DNA of 37,166 nt from a virus. Lineage: Duplodnaviria; Caudoviricetes. The DNA is taken from IMG/VR virus record IMGVR_UViG_3300020420_000036, positions 1 through 37,166 of that record. One strand, 5' to 3'. This document shows, piece by piece, positions 18,191 through 28,392 of the stretch. The position numbers were made by a program, and so were the translations under genes. The notes beneath the pieces were generated by a model, which saw only the letters and a list, made by a program, of their open reading frames with translations, was not told the DNA's origin and did not search any database. Numbering within the stretch: position 1 is the first letter of the stretch; each line of letters opens with the position of its first letter.

Positions 18191-19996
18191 CTAATTGTTG
18201 GAGCGGGCGCTGGGATCACCAGTCTGTAGACTAGAAGTAGTACTGGAACCAGATCCGGTCTGGACACCTCCTGTGAAACCGCCGGATTCAACTATTATAT
18301 TCGGATCTTGATACACATCCAAAAGAGTAGTCCACTCCGATATTATCGATTGATCCGCAACTTTTCTAAGTCTAAATTTAATTGTACTCTGAGCCTCAGA
18401 ATTAGTTATTAAGTAAAATTTTCTATTTGTCTCTAATGATTTAAATTCACCATCTGCCGGCCCGCCAGGCGTATTCCCCGACTCATGTGTCGCACTAATT
18501 TCGTACTTCTCTCCTACGAGGGAATTCGTTTGCTGGTGCCAACTGTATAAAGAATATGCAGAATTTCCGGTTTCATTACTTGCTATTTGAGTTAAATCAT
18601 CCCCTGCTAAAATCTTCCCTCCATCACTCTTACCATTAATTACTATAGTTCCATTAGAAGTAAACGAAAGTTCCAATCTTCCCTGAGTTCCATAGTATCT
18701 GAATTGAAGATGGCCAAGCTCGTCCGGAATGACATCTGCTGTATCCAATGGTTCCACCACCTGTACTTCTGTGACAGCATTATCATCAGTAGTATCTTCT
18801 ATAACAGTAATTAGTGGTTGTGGGGATTCCGCTTGCCATCTGGTATACGTTGACAAATCTTCAGTATTTCCAAATGCAGTTTGCGGAAAATTGGTATAAT
18901 TTACTCTGCTAGTTGCAGAGAAAGAATCTCCAGCAACTTTATCAATATACTGACTTTCTGTTAACAAACAGAAATTAACCTTTTGCATAGATTCGATATT
19001 AGAAAAATTAAACTCAGACGCAGGAGAATTTCCAGTTTGGTCTGTTGAATATATTTGGACAAATGATATATCTTTATTAGTCCAATCGTCTACTTTAGCC
19101 ATCATTGTAACTGAAATCTGACAATTAAATGAAGCCTGATCAGACACAGCATCATTAGTACTAAAATCTTCCCAATAAGTTCTCGTATTATCTCTGCGGC
19201 CGGCCTTAGTATCTAGTCCACTATCGTTTGCAACAATTACGACTTTCCCACTATATGAATTCATTTGCGAATCGCCTGTCACATGATTTGTCACATGATT
19301 GTCAAAAAGTTGTGGATTGCTGCCGGCATAGTCTGCGAGGTCATATGCCCCCTGATTATATGTTTTTGATCCTATAGTTATATTTCTTTGAGTATTGCTA
19401 TTCGGGATTAAATAAACATCACTTTTTTCTACGTTATCGTTAACTCTAAGATTGTCATTTGCATAAGCATTAGAAGTATTTAATTTTCCAGTAGATGTGC
19501 TTGATGCAGTCGTAAAGAAAAACATATTGCCGATTGCGTTGTCGCCAGGTCTTCCAAGGGAATATGTTTGAAAAGTAACAGTAAGGGGGAAATAACCATT
19601 AACAACACTTGAATCAGAAATCAACGTATAATATTTCCCCCCATGTTTATAAACCGCACTGGCCACATAGTTTGCTTCAAATTGAGAGTTGGTTTTAATT
19701 GTAGATCCAGATCTAGATCTAAAAGAACTGAGAGTTGGACATTTAAATTTATTAATTTCCCATCCGTTTATTTGGAAAAAACAATTTCCTGTCTGATTTC
19801 TCCATTTATTGTAAGCCAACCATTTTGTTCTTAGACTTGTATTATAATTAGTGGAACTGGGTAAAGAAATTTGAAGAATATCTTTTGCCCACACCAAATC
19901 ACTGCCGGAATAAACTTTAGATATTGAATCTCTTCCGACATAAATTTCTTTTAGGTCACTGAATGTGCCATTAGAATTTGGTACTTGTATGGGCAT
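18191..19996 (-). CDS. Putative distal fibre / receptor-binding protein (601 aa)
   Basis: N-terminal LKEIYVGRDSISKVYSGSDLVW motif, typical of fibre-attached distal proteins. S/T/N-rich, and directly follows the fibre gene. Confidence 0.65.
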   Translation of the reverse strand: MPIQVPNSNGTFSDLKEIYVGRDSISKVYSGSDLVWAKDILQISLPSSTNYNTSLRTKWLAYNKWRNQTGNCFFQINGWEINKFKCPTLSSFRSRSGSTIKTNSQFEANYVASAVYKHGGKYYTLISDSSVVNGYFPLTVTFQTYSLGRPGDNAIGNMFFFTTASSTSTGKLNTSNAYANDNLRVNDNVEKSDVYLIPNSNTQRNITIGSKTYNQGAYDLADYAGSNPQLFDNHVTNHVTGDSQMNSYSGKVVIVANDSGLDTKAGRRDNTRTYWEDFSTNDAVSDQASFNCQISVTMMAKVDDWTNKDISFVQIYSTDQTGNSPASEFNFSNIESMQKVNFCLLTESQYIDKVAGDSFSATSRVNYTNFPQTAFGNTEDLSTYTRWQAESPQPLITVIEDTTDDNAVTEVQVVEPLDTADVIPDELGHLQFRYYGTQGRLELSFTSNGTIVINGKSDGGKILAGDDLTQIASNETGNSAYSLYSWHQQTNSLVGEKYEISATHESGNTPGGPADGEFKSLETNRKFYLITNSEAQSTIKFRLRKVADQSIISEWTTLLDVYQDPNIIVESGGFTGGVQTGSGSSTTSSLQTGDPSARSNN

Positions 19997-20002
19997 ACTT
20001 TA

Positions 20003-21679
20003 CTACTCTTTGATAAAGTAAATGGTGTTTGGATCTGTAGGAGAAGGCAGTTCCGTAACTACTGATATCTTTTTACCACTCCATGTACTATCATCTGGAG
20101 TTCTCCATGCAGGGGTGCCACTGGAGTTAGTTTTCCAAACTTTATTATATTGGCCACTGCCGGAAGCAACATAACCTTCTCTGGCATTTGTATTCGAATG
20201 CCAAGTATCTTTATCTTGGGACGCTGTGATATAACCAGCACCATTGGCCAATTGATTATTATCTGTTGGGATTGTGGGAATACTAGGAATTGACGGAGTA
20301 TATGTTGTGGTAGTCCCATCCCTGTCAGTTAATGTCAGCGTGTTTCCACTCGTGGACGCTGTTGCAACATACTGTTTCGGGTGTGTATCTGAAAAATGCG
20401 AGAAGAGATGCTCTGGCCTATCATTTTGATGAAATTTGACAGTAGTAACTGCAACCTTTTGTGGACTTGAATCTGCGCTAAATGTAACAGAAGTAACAGA
20501 ACCCTTCGGGAGATTTGAAGCAGATAACCTGTTGGTATTCTTTAAAAAGTATTCCGAACTTGTGCCGTTACTGAACTCATTTAAGTTTGTTGGAACATTT
20601 GTGGAATCTAAATCGTCATAGTCTCCACTCAGAGCCACTGGATGAAGTGTTGATGGATCAAAATTATAACCGGCCTTTGCTTGAATTACTCCTATTTGAG
20701 TTTCATTTTGTTTGATCTCTGAATCTAATGATACAATAGCATTTCTGAGGTTTTCTCCATCTACATAATTCGTTGTGGTGTACGCATGGGTATCTCCGAT
20801 AGTCGCGCCCAAGAAAGATGTAATGGTTGTAGAAATCTTTGCTATAGCATCACCTTGACTTGCAATGTCGGAATCATTAGAATTTATTTGATCTTGTAGT
20901 TTAGTATCCGCAGAAGACAAACTAGATGCTCCTGCAATTGTCCCAATGTATTCACCAGAACCACCTAAACCGGCACCAAGTTGGGTGGCGTCTAATTCAT
21001 TTTGAATTCTAGTTGCTCTGTTAGATAAATTTGTTATTGCATTTTGATTAGTGAATACTTGACTATCTAAAAGACTTAAAGATCCCTTTACTGTACCAGA
21101 AATATAATTTCCAGAAAGAGATAAAGTTCCATCGGATTCAGTTCCAATAGAACTTTGAGTGACATCTAGTTCTTGTTGAACTGAATCTAAAGCCTCATCT
21201 AATTTTTTATCGGCATCCGCTAAATTATTTGCAGAAAAAATATATCTGCGAGTTGTCTGTTTAATATACCCACCAGACCCAGTTAAACCAGAAGCAACTT
21301 CAATAGTATCAATCGCACTCTGTAGAGTATTGTCTTCGGCGAGTCTTGTTGCAGCTTCGCTTGCCACTTGTGTATTAGTATAATTTGTAGAAGTAGTATA
21401 CAAATTATTCATTGCGGTAGAGAGATTGGATGCAGTTGTGTATGCAGAATTAAGAGAGGCAACATCTCCTATGTTCGCAGTGTTTACATCTGTTTCACCA
21501 TGAATCTCATTGAATGCTCCGACTATAGTTTTGTTTGCCGTGTTTAAGTTGTTGAAATTCCCTATCAAGGACTCAATATAAAGTCCGTGAGAATTTAACT
21601 GATTGGTTTTATTCTTCCACGCATCAAAGGTATCAGTCCTTAATACATTGTCTGTTGTTGGATAATTAAATGTTGCCAT
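20003..21679 (-). CDS. Tail fibre / fibritin-like segmented coiled-coil protein (558 aa)
   Basis: N-terminal [14 protein letters not shown] anchor motif common in T4-like fibres. Repeated coil segments ([34 protein letters not shown]). Fibre motifs [13 protein letters not shown] and [17 protein letters not shown]-terminal [17 protein letters not shown]. Confidence 0.75.
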   Translation of the reverse strand: MATFNYPTTDNVLRTDTFDAWKNKTNQLNSHGLYIESLIGNFNNLNTANKTIVGAFNEIHGETDVNTANIGDVASLNSAYTTASNLSTAMNNLYTTSTNYTNTQVASEAATRLAEDNTLQSAIDTIEVASGLTGSGGYIKQTTRRYIFSANNLADADKKLDEALDSVQQELDVTQSSIGTESDGTLSLSGNYISGTVKGSLSLLDSQVFTNQNAITNLSNRATRIQNELDATQLGAGLGGSGEYIGTIAGASSLSSADTKLQDQINSNDSDIASQGDAIAKISTTITSFLGATIGDTHAYTTTNYVDGENLRNAIVSLDSEIKQNETQIGVIQAKAGYNFDPSTLHPVALSGDYDDLDSTNVPTNLNEFSNGTSSEYFLKNTNRLSASNLPKGSVTSVTFSADSSPQKVAVTTVKFHQNDRPEHLFSHFSDTHPKQYVATASTSGNTLTLTDRDGTTTTYTPSIPSIPTIPTDNNQLANGAGYITASQDKDTWHSNTNAREGYVASGSGQYNKVWKTNSSGTPAWRTPDDSTWSGKKISVVTELPSPTDPNTIYFIKE

Positions 21680-21896
21680 GTTGTTTACTCTCTAAAATTT
21701 TATTCAGAAGTCCCTTTATCTCTGTTAATTCGGTCTTAAGACCCTCTATTTCCCTTTCTTGCGTCTCAATCTTTTTCAATTTCTTCATATACTTAACATA
21801 CGCACCATTATCAAAATTTATTATAGCCCCAGAATGAGGATCTCTTCTCAGAGTTCTATCTTCTTTTACTATCAAATAATCTCTAATATCTTTCAT
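21666..21896 (-). CDS. Small conserved protein with C-terminal coiled coil, typically following the DUF4815 gene in marine T4-like phages
   Basis: [16 protein letters not shown] motif followed by [20 protein letters not shown] heptads. Confidence 0.8.
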   Translation of the reverse strand: MKDIRDYLIVKEDRTLRRDPHSGAIINFDNGAYVKYMKKLKKIETQEREIEGLKTELTEIKGLLNKILESKQHGNI

Positions 21897-21899
21897 AAA

Positions 21900-21907
21900 T
21901 ATTTATA
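21900..21907 (-). promoter_or_regulatory. T4-type late promoter TATAAATA
   Basis: Perfect consensus filling the 11-nt gap: TAA-TATAAATA-TTT-ATG. Confidence 0.7.
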
Positions 21908-24900
21908 TTAGTTCGCAAGAGCGATAATCCTTAAATCCTTTATTCTCGGCGGTAGTGCGGAATTTTTACTTCGCATTACTACCTTAATTCCAAACGATGA
22001 AAATTCAGTCAATCCCTTAACATCATAATCGAAATCTGTAAACTGATTTATAACAGTTGCAGATTGTGTATAACCTTCCGGTCTTTCGATATATTCATAA
22101 TTTAATTTTTTATAGTCTTGACTATCACTGGTTTTTATCTTGTAATATAAATCAACATCTGCGTCTTGTGGCCTATGCATTGCCAACACAATCTTAAAAG
22201 ATGTCGCAGGTTGATTTAATTGTATTTCCTTTGTGATATACTTAGATTCTACTGTTCCTCCTGTAGATTCTCTTTCCGATATAAACTGAGCATAATTCGA
22301 AGAGGTATCTGTAGAATTACCTTGCGAATCAGTAGTTGTAGTCCATACTGGATAGTTTACAACATTAGATATCAAAGTAGAACTAAATCTCTGCGTATCG
22401 ATTACTGGAGATATATTATCTTGTGTTGAAGATAATGTTAGTTTGTATGCCAAAGATTTTTTCTCAAAATTGCTACTTCCGGTTCCAAAATTATTCTCAT
22501 TATATAATGAATAAACTGCTCTAGGAGTATCGAAAGGAATATCTTTATTAGGAACAAAATTAGACCAAGAACTATCCTTAACTCCGGTCGGCATATCAGA
22601 ATCTTGAGATTGACCACTTGTGGTTTTCATTGAATATGTTATATTTGTTTGTGGTAACTGCAATGACTGAATTACAGGAACCAAAACATCATACTTAGAA
22701 TTTATCTCCACAGTTACCTTACCAGAAGAATCTGGAGAAGGATTAAATCTTCCAGATGACGCTAAAGTAGAGGCCTTTGATGTCCCTGCAACACTGTTTC
22801 CACCAACATATTTGACATTGGTCATCAATATATCAAAAGTATGTAGAGTTGTTGCAACTACCTCATGAGTTCCACTCAACTCAGATCCTAACCAAGCATT
22901 CGAAGTCGAATCGCCTCCGTATCTCGTATTTTGATTCAACCCATCTATCGTCACATAATAGTGTGTGTTTGCTCCTTGCGAAGACAACAAATCGTGATTT
23001 GGGACATGAAATCTAACTATATCTTGACCAGCAAATGTTTCAATTGAGGATGATCCTAAAGATACAGTATTTGCGGAATATCCTAGTTTATCTGTGCTGC
23101 TATTTTGGAAATACAAGGTAGAGTTTGAGCTAGTATCAAATTGAGCCCTAAACAATGTAAACTTCATATCTTCCATTTGTTCCGGTGCCCAAGAAGTAGA
23201 TGCCGCCTTATAGAATACTCCACTATATGGTTGTTTGCTAATAGTTCCAGTTCCATCTAGAGAATTTTCTCCAAGTCTCGCAACATGAACACTATAATCC
23301 TGAGAATCTGCAAGAACAACTATTGCGTATTCTACACCCTGTTCTATATAAACTGGAGCGTCAAATAAGAAATTTGTTGCAAGATTACCGTTTGCTGATG
23401 TCAATACATTAGAAGGATATAAGGTCTTTCTGGTAAGAACTGTCTTGCCCGGATATCCACCGACTGTGTTTCTTAGTTCTACGCTCACTGGTATGACCGA
23501 ATCTTTTGATGAGAAGAAAATATTTACTGATGTAAGGAATGCTCCTCCAATCTTATCTGTCATTATTGTTTGTGCAATAGGATTGAACTGATTAGACCCT
23601 TCGCCAATTTGATTTCTTACTGAACCATTACTTTGAACAAACTGAGAACTATATCTCTGTTGTCTGGTAGAAGTATCAGAATCCAACTTAGTCTTCGCAG
23701 AATATAATCCTTCTGCTTCCGTCTGTGCAACAGCGCTGCTTGATTGTTGATCGGATAATTTAAATACTTTATCGCCAGTTCTGAATCTCATATCATCTGT
23801 GTTGGGTATTGCGAATAAACCTCTCAAATTACCAGATTCGTCAGTAATTAAAGTAGAACTATTAGAACCAGTTTCTAGAGCGAACTTGCCGGGCGATATT
23901 CCATTTGTAAAATTTGGCCCTACCAAAAATAATGCTTGACCCGCAGTAAATGAATTGGTATCTATATTATCAATGACATAAAAATTCAGAGTAGTGGCAT
24001 CAACATATTGAATTCCGACTACTCTAACTTCATGACCTTGGTTATTTACCAGCGTCATGTCACCAGTATTATCAATAATTTCAGATTCATATGTCTGTAT
24101 GAAATTATCTGCCGAAGAAACGCCAGTGACTTTAATTGTCTTTGTAGTTACACAAAATTGCGATACAGGAGTTCCATCGAAAAATGCAAATACTCTTGTC
24201 TTTGGTTTCATTCCAGAGGCATGGAAAAATACATTCCTTTCTCTGATAAAGAAATTTTGTTCTGGTCTAGAACCTTTGGGTGCTCCATCTTCCTGATCAT
24301 CATCTTCGTCAGAATCATATGGGGGCCAATTTAGATCTCCACCGACACCACCACTTAAAGTTCCATTTCCTCTACTGGTATCTTTCCAATCATCTTGTTC
24401 TGGGAATAATTTAACATAACCTCTAAATCCCATTATCGCATATGGATTGACGGAAACTGTTTTAGAAGATTTGCCTTGTCCGGCGAGCATAATAGAGGTA
24501 TATGGTAACATGACCATTCCATCCTTAATGCTGTAAAGTGTAGATTCAGATTGATTAAAACTCATTGGAGTATTTTTCTGATAGTATACTGGACGCAATT
24601 CTTTATTCACTACATCAATCGCACAATTATATTGAGTATCAAAAACATCTCCAATATTATGACTTGTAAATGGTTCTACGACAAATCCGTTTTTAAATCT
24701 ATCCAAACCATTCTCGTCAAGAACATCCATATCTTTTGTTTCTTTTTCTAGTAAAGATAATGATGTATAGTATTCTACAGTTTTAATTCTTTTCTCTAGT
24801 TTTCCAATATCTCTCATTGTATATCGTTTATTATCAAGCATTTCTGCAGATATACTGTCAGTAGATAAACTGTACGGATCTGTGGCAAGTTTGTATATAA

Positions 24901-27900
24901 CCATACCATCATTTGGATCTTCTGGATAATTAGGAGTAATTGAAGGTGCTCCGTACTTGACCAAGAAATCGCCCTCTTTGCTCAAATAAACTTTATCCTT
25001 CCTTGGAAGATATTGACGATAATCCGCAATAACATAAGAATTGTCTAACGGAGTGTTTGATGTAGTGGATATCTGGCCAAACTTTAATGGAGTCGCAAGA
25101 GATTTTTCGGTGAACAAATCTGCAGAAACTGTTTGTGGCCTAAAGTCTAGTACATCAGATAAACGACTATTCTGGAAAGAAGGTATCTGCGAATACTCTA
25201 TTCCAGAAGTAGAATGAGTATAAGAGTCTGCAGAGAAATAATCTCCGCCAGTACTATGATCGAAGTATGAATATACAATTACAATTCTTCCGGCACATTC
25301 AGATTGACTTGGTTGAACCTTAATATCCCCAATATCATACATTCCAGTTCTTTGACCGTTGTCTAAAGTATATCTTTCTGTTATGTCAACAATTTTAGTT
25401 GGGATATCCGCAAATCCGGTTGGATTGACTCCAGTTTCTTCATATTCCAAGTATGCATCTAGGGCAAACTTTAAATCAGAAGCCGTCATTTCATTATAGA
25501 ATTTTTTAGTACCGACAGAATCTATCTGGTAAACAACATTTGATACAGTACAAGTATCGTATACTGCAGTCAATTCAAATATATCAGAATGTTCCAATTG
25601 AACATTGGTTAATGCCAAAGAGTTTCCTAAACTATCAGTAGTACTAGAGTTGAAAACTGATCCAGTATTATTTGTGCCATACAGATCCAAAGAATACCAT
25701 GTGGATGCCGAATTCGCGGCATATGTTTCAGTCGCAACGAAAGTTCCATCTGTCTTTCTTGCGGCGTATGGATATATTACATGATCTTTAACCAAAGTCT
25801 TGGTTTTTTCTGCCGCGTTTGTTTTAATTACTGGAACATATATAATAACATTATTGCCAGCAGGCAAATCCTCTATAGTAATAAGTGCGGTAGTAACTCT
25901 ATTATTCCCATCAGTAGATAATTGTACAGTGTCTGAAGTTAATTTATGGACAACTGGTTCTCCACTTCCAGAAGTCGGAGTATATGCAAAATAATATTTT
26001 TCATTAAAAGATCCAAATACTTGATTTGAGTTTGTTCCCAAAGTTATTTCTACTTGACTGCCTGCCCCTCCATACGACTGAGAAACATTCTCAAATTTCA
26101 TCTGAACTGTATATGAAGTATCTACACTAGAATTTCCGCTGTCATCATCTACAAATCTGATAGTTTTGACAAAATTCGAACCAGTATCTACGACACTAGA
26201 ACCAGAGGTATCAAAAATAACATTACGAGAAATAACTCTTGCGTTATTTGGTGTAATTCCTATATCATGATTGGCAGAACCTGAGAACGCATTTTCGGGA
26301 GACGCATCATACTCAACTTCTCTAATAACTTCGTTACTTTCAAAGAGTCTTGGATTTAATTCTCCAGAAGATACTGATGATGGATTACCGGCTCCTAAAG
26401 TTTTTACTAAAATTTTATTCGAAGAATTGTGATATACCACACCCCTTACGAGAGAATCTTGATATTCAGAGTAAACTATATTCTTATTATCAAATCTGGT
26501 TAACTGATCGACAAGAGTATATTCTACCAAAACATTCCCATTGAACAGATTATATGCCCCAGAAACTGATTGAGACTCTATGGATCTCAGATCATTAAGC
26601 AAATATTCTCTGTTTGTTCTTGGATTAACTTCCATTCTAATATCGTACAGATATACTTTATAGATTGCGCTGTCTGTATCTGAATTAGTCGGAGCAAAAT
26701 TAGAAGAAGAATAATCAAAATCCTGATCATGTGAATAGTGTTCTACATATCTTATTTTTGCAGTACCAATAATATCAGATCCATTGGGATTATTTGATGC
26801 CCATGTAGAAAAATCTGCTGTAATTTGACTCTTATCGTAAGTTGTTTTTCCTTGACTATTAGATCCGTCTCCAGAATTAAATTGAGGATTATCTCCAATT
26901 ATTACATGAGAGTTTCCGTTGACATTGATGTTTAATAAATCAACCGTCTGGTTTGGTATGGGGAGACCCATTACATCTGTGAGATAAATGTAATTTCCTA
27001 GTTTTGTTGTGAGATACTCATTGTTTTTTTGTATATGATCTCTTGACTTTTTATAGTCTACAAATTGTGTAACTAAATTCTCTAATTCATATCCTCTAAC
27101 GTATGATTTGCCTGGCTCAATCCCGACAGCCAATCTTCCTCTTAACGCGGCAATAAGACTATCGTGTGTCTTGCCCGGATAGAATTTAGTTCCGGTTGCA
27201 TCTAAATTTTGTTCTGGATATTTTGTTCTATCGTTTGGAGTTGCAGTATGTGCTTGTCCATTTCCAGTTGCAAGATCAATCATATCCGGTTCATCAAAAA
27301 AACGAGTCCTTGCCATTTCCTTTGCATCTACTTCATTAGAAAATTCAAAATCTGCAAGTGTGGAAACTCCACGATTACCATTTTCATTTAACAATTCTCT
27401 AATATCAATCTGATATGGTCTTACCGTGTAGTCACCAGATTCGTCATAGGTTCTTCTTGCAAGAGTTTCTTCAAGAACAGAATACTCAGTTGTTCTTACA
27501 TGAGACTCGACAACACCATTTCTGACACTAATAAGTTCGATAAAGTTACTTGTATCCACTTCATCAATTGATCTTTTAGAAAAGACAAGGGAAATTCGAT
27601 ATCTATCAGCGCCCGGCGAGTTAAAGTTTGTTGTTCCTTGTGCATTATCAAGAAGAGTATTGTCCATGTTACTATTGACAAATGCTTCATTGACTTGCAG
27701 ACCAATCTTATAAGAAGGTTTATTTGAGTACTTGTCTAAGACTATTTTCTGATCATTTACCATGACCAAGTGTTTTTGTAGATAATATACTCCAGATTCG
27801 ATGAAAGCAATAGAACCTTTTCCTATCGATGTGTCTGATTCGGGCTTGATTTCGCAAGCATAATCGCTCATCGAAGAAATAGATTCTGTAGTTAGAACTT

Positions 27901-28366
27901 CTTCTGGTAAAAATGATATGCTATCTCCCTCAACAAAATCTACGGAAGAATAATCGGATATATCAGCACCACTGATAAATTTAACATAAAGAGTATCTGG
28001 ATCGTCGGTATCTGTAGAACCAGTAGTATTTTCTGCATGGACAACAAGAGCTCGGATTCCAGTAGTAGATCCAACCACTATTCTGCCCACAAAATCTGCA
28101 GCAGAGTTATATGTAATTGAACTTCCCTGATAACCTATCTTTAAATAAGATATATCTGTATCAATTGCCGACTGGCCAGGAATGATCATCGCACCTTCTT
28201 TAAAGAAGTGGTCTGATACATTTGCAATCTGTTGTTGTAAGATAGACTGAATTTGCGTCAGTTCTCTTGCTTGAACAGAGTTACCTGGCTTGAACAGTAT
28301 TTTAAGATATCCACTATTTACGTCATAGTCATCATAATATGGAGTTACATTAAAATTGGATGCCAT
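21908..28366 (-). CDS. Large baseplate/virion structural protein, DUF4815 / VrlC-like (2152 aa)
   Basis: Hallmark motifs FNVTPYYDDY..ILFKPG.SVQARELTQIQSILQ, LARRTYDESGDY, KRYTMRDIGKLEKRI..VEYYTSLSLLE, DRFKNGFVV, PIAQT, EDMKFTLFRAQF, and C-terminal PRIKDLRIIALA. Located after gp8. Confidence 0.9.
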   Translation of the reverse strand: MASNFNVTPYYDDYDVNSGYLKILFKPGNSVQARELTQIQSILQQQIANVSDHFFKEGAMIIPGQSAIDTDISYLKIGYQGSSITYNSAADFVGRIVVGSTTGIRALVVHAENTTGSTDTDDPDTLYVKFISGADISDYSSVDFVEGDSISFLPEEVLTTESISSMSDYACEIKPESDTSIGKGSIAFIESGVYYLQKHLVMVNDQKIVLDKYSNKPSYKIGLQVNEAFVNSNMDNTLLDNAQGTTNFNSPGADRYRISLVFSKRSIDEVDTSNFIELISVRNGVVESHVRTTEYSVLEETLARRTYDESGDYTVRPYQIDIRELLNENGNRGVSTLADFEFSNEVDAKEMARTRFFDEPDMIDLATGNGQAHTATPNDRTKYPEQNLDATGTKFYPGKTHDSLIAALRGRLAVGIEPGKSYVRGYELENLVTQFVDYKKSRDHIQKNNEYLTTKLGNYIYLTDVMGLPIPNQTVDLLNINVNGNSHVIIGDNPQFNSGDGSNSQGKTTYDKSQITADFSTWASNNPNGSDIIGTAKIRYVEHYSHDQDFDYSSSNFAPTNSDTDSAIYKVYLYDIRMEVNPRTNREYLLNDLRSIESQSVSGAYNLFNGNVLVEYTLVDQLTRFDNKNIVYSEYQDSLVRGVVYHNSSNKILVKTLGAGNPSSVSSGELNPRLFESNEVIREVEYDASPENAFSGSANHDIGITPNNARVISRNVIFDTSGSSVVDTGSNFVKTIRFVDDDSGNSSVDTSYTVQMKFENVSQSYGGAGSQVEITLGTNSNQVFGSFNEKYYFAYTPTSGSGEPVVHKLTSDTVQLSTDGNNRVTTALITIEDLPAGNNVIIYVPVIKTNAAEKTKTLVKDHVIYPYAARKTDGTFVATETYAANSASTWYSLDLYGTNNTGSVFNSSTTDSLGNSLALTNVQLEHSDIFELTAVYDTCTVSNVVYQIDSVGTKKFYNEMTASDLKFALDAYLEYEETGVNPTGFADIPTKIVDITERYTLDNGQRTGMYDIGDIKVQPSQSECAGRIVIVYSYFDHSTGGDYFSADSYTHSTSGIEYSQIPSFQNSRLSDVLDFRPQTVSADLFTEKSLATPLKFGQISTTSNTPLDNSYVIADYRQYLPRKDKVYLSKEGDFLVKYGAPSITPNYPEDPNDGMVIYKLATDPYSLSTDSISAEMLDNKRYTMRDIGKLEKRIKTVEYYTSLSLLEKETKDMDVLDENGLDRFKNGFVVEPFTSHNIGDVFDTQYNCAIDVVNKELRPVYYQKNTPMSFNQSESTLYSIKDGMVMLPYTSIMLAGQGKSSKTVSVNPYAIMGFRGYVKLFPEQDDWKDTSRGNGTLSGGVGGDLNWPPYDSDEDDDQEDGAPKGSRPEQNFFIRERNVFFHASGMKPKTRVFAFFDGTPVSQFCVTTKTIKVTGVSSADNFIQTYESEIIDNTGDMTLVNNQGHEVRVVGIQYVDATTLNFYVIDNIDTNSFTAGQALFLVGPNFTNGISPGKFALETGSNSSTLITDESGNLRGLFAIPNTDDMRFRTGDKVFKLSDQQSSSAVAQTEAEGLYSAKTKLDSDTSTRQQRYSSQFVQSNGSVRNQIGEGSNQFNPIAQTIMTDKIGGAFLTSVNIFFSSKDSVIPVSVELRNTVGGYPGKTVLTRKTLYPSNVLTSANGNLATNFLFDAPVYIEQGVEYAIVVLADSQDYSVHVARLGENSLDGTGTISKQPYSGVFYKAASTSWAPEQMEDMKFTLFRAQFDTSSNSTLYFQNSSTDKLGYSANTVSLGSSSIETFAGQDIVRFHVPNHDLLSSQGANTHYYVTIDGLNQNTRYGGDSTSNAWLGSELSGTHEVVATTLHTFDILMTNVKYVGGNSVAGTSKASTLASSGRFNPSPDSSGKVTVEINSKYDVLVPVIQSLQLPQTNITYSMKTTSGQSQDSDMPTGVKDSSWSNFVPNKDIPFDTPRAVYSLYNENNFGTGSSNFEKKSLAYKLTLSSTQDNISPVIDTQRFSSTLISNVVNYPVWTTTTDSQGNSTDTSSNYAQFISERESTGGTVESKYITKEIQLNQPATSFKIVLAMHRPQDADVDLYYKIKTSDSQDYKKLNYEYIERPEGYTQSATVINQFTDFDYDVKGLTEFSSFGIKVVMRSKNSALPPRIKDLRIIALAN

Positions 28367-28392
28367 ACTCTTTCTCTATCAATTAATTTTTT

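Noticed and set aside
19277-19300. 12-bp tandem duplication (NHVT x2)
   Set aside because: A single in-frame micro-duplication with no evident significance.
5499-27705. Short nested minus-strand ORFs (5499-5684, 8795-9007, 15523-15714, 20059-20319, 27496-27705)
   Set aside because: Out-of-frame ORFs of 61-86 aa inside well-supported genes, with no evidence for expression.
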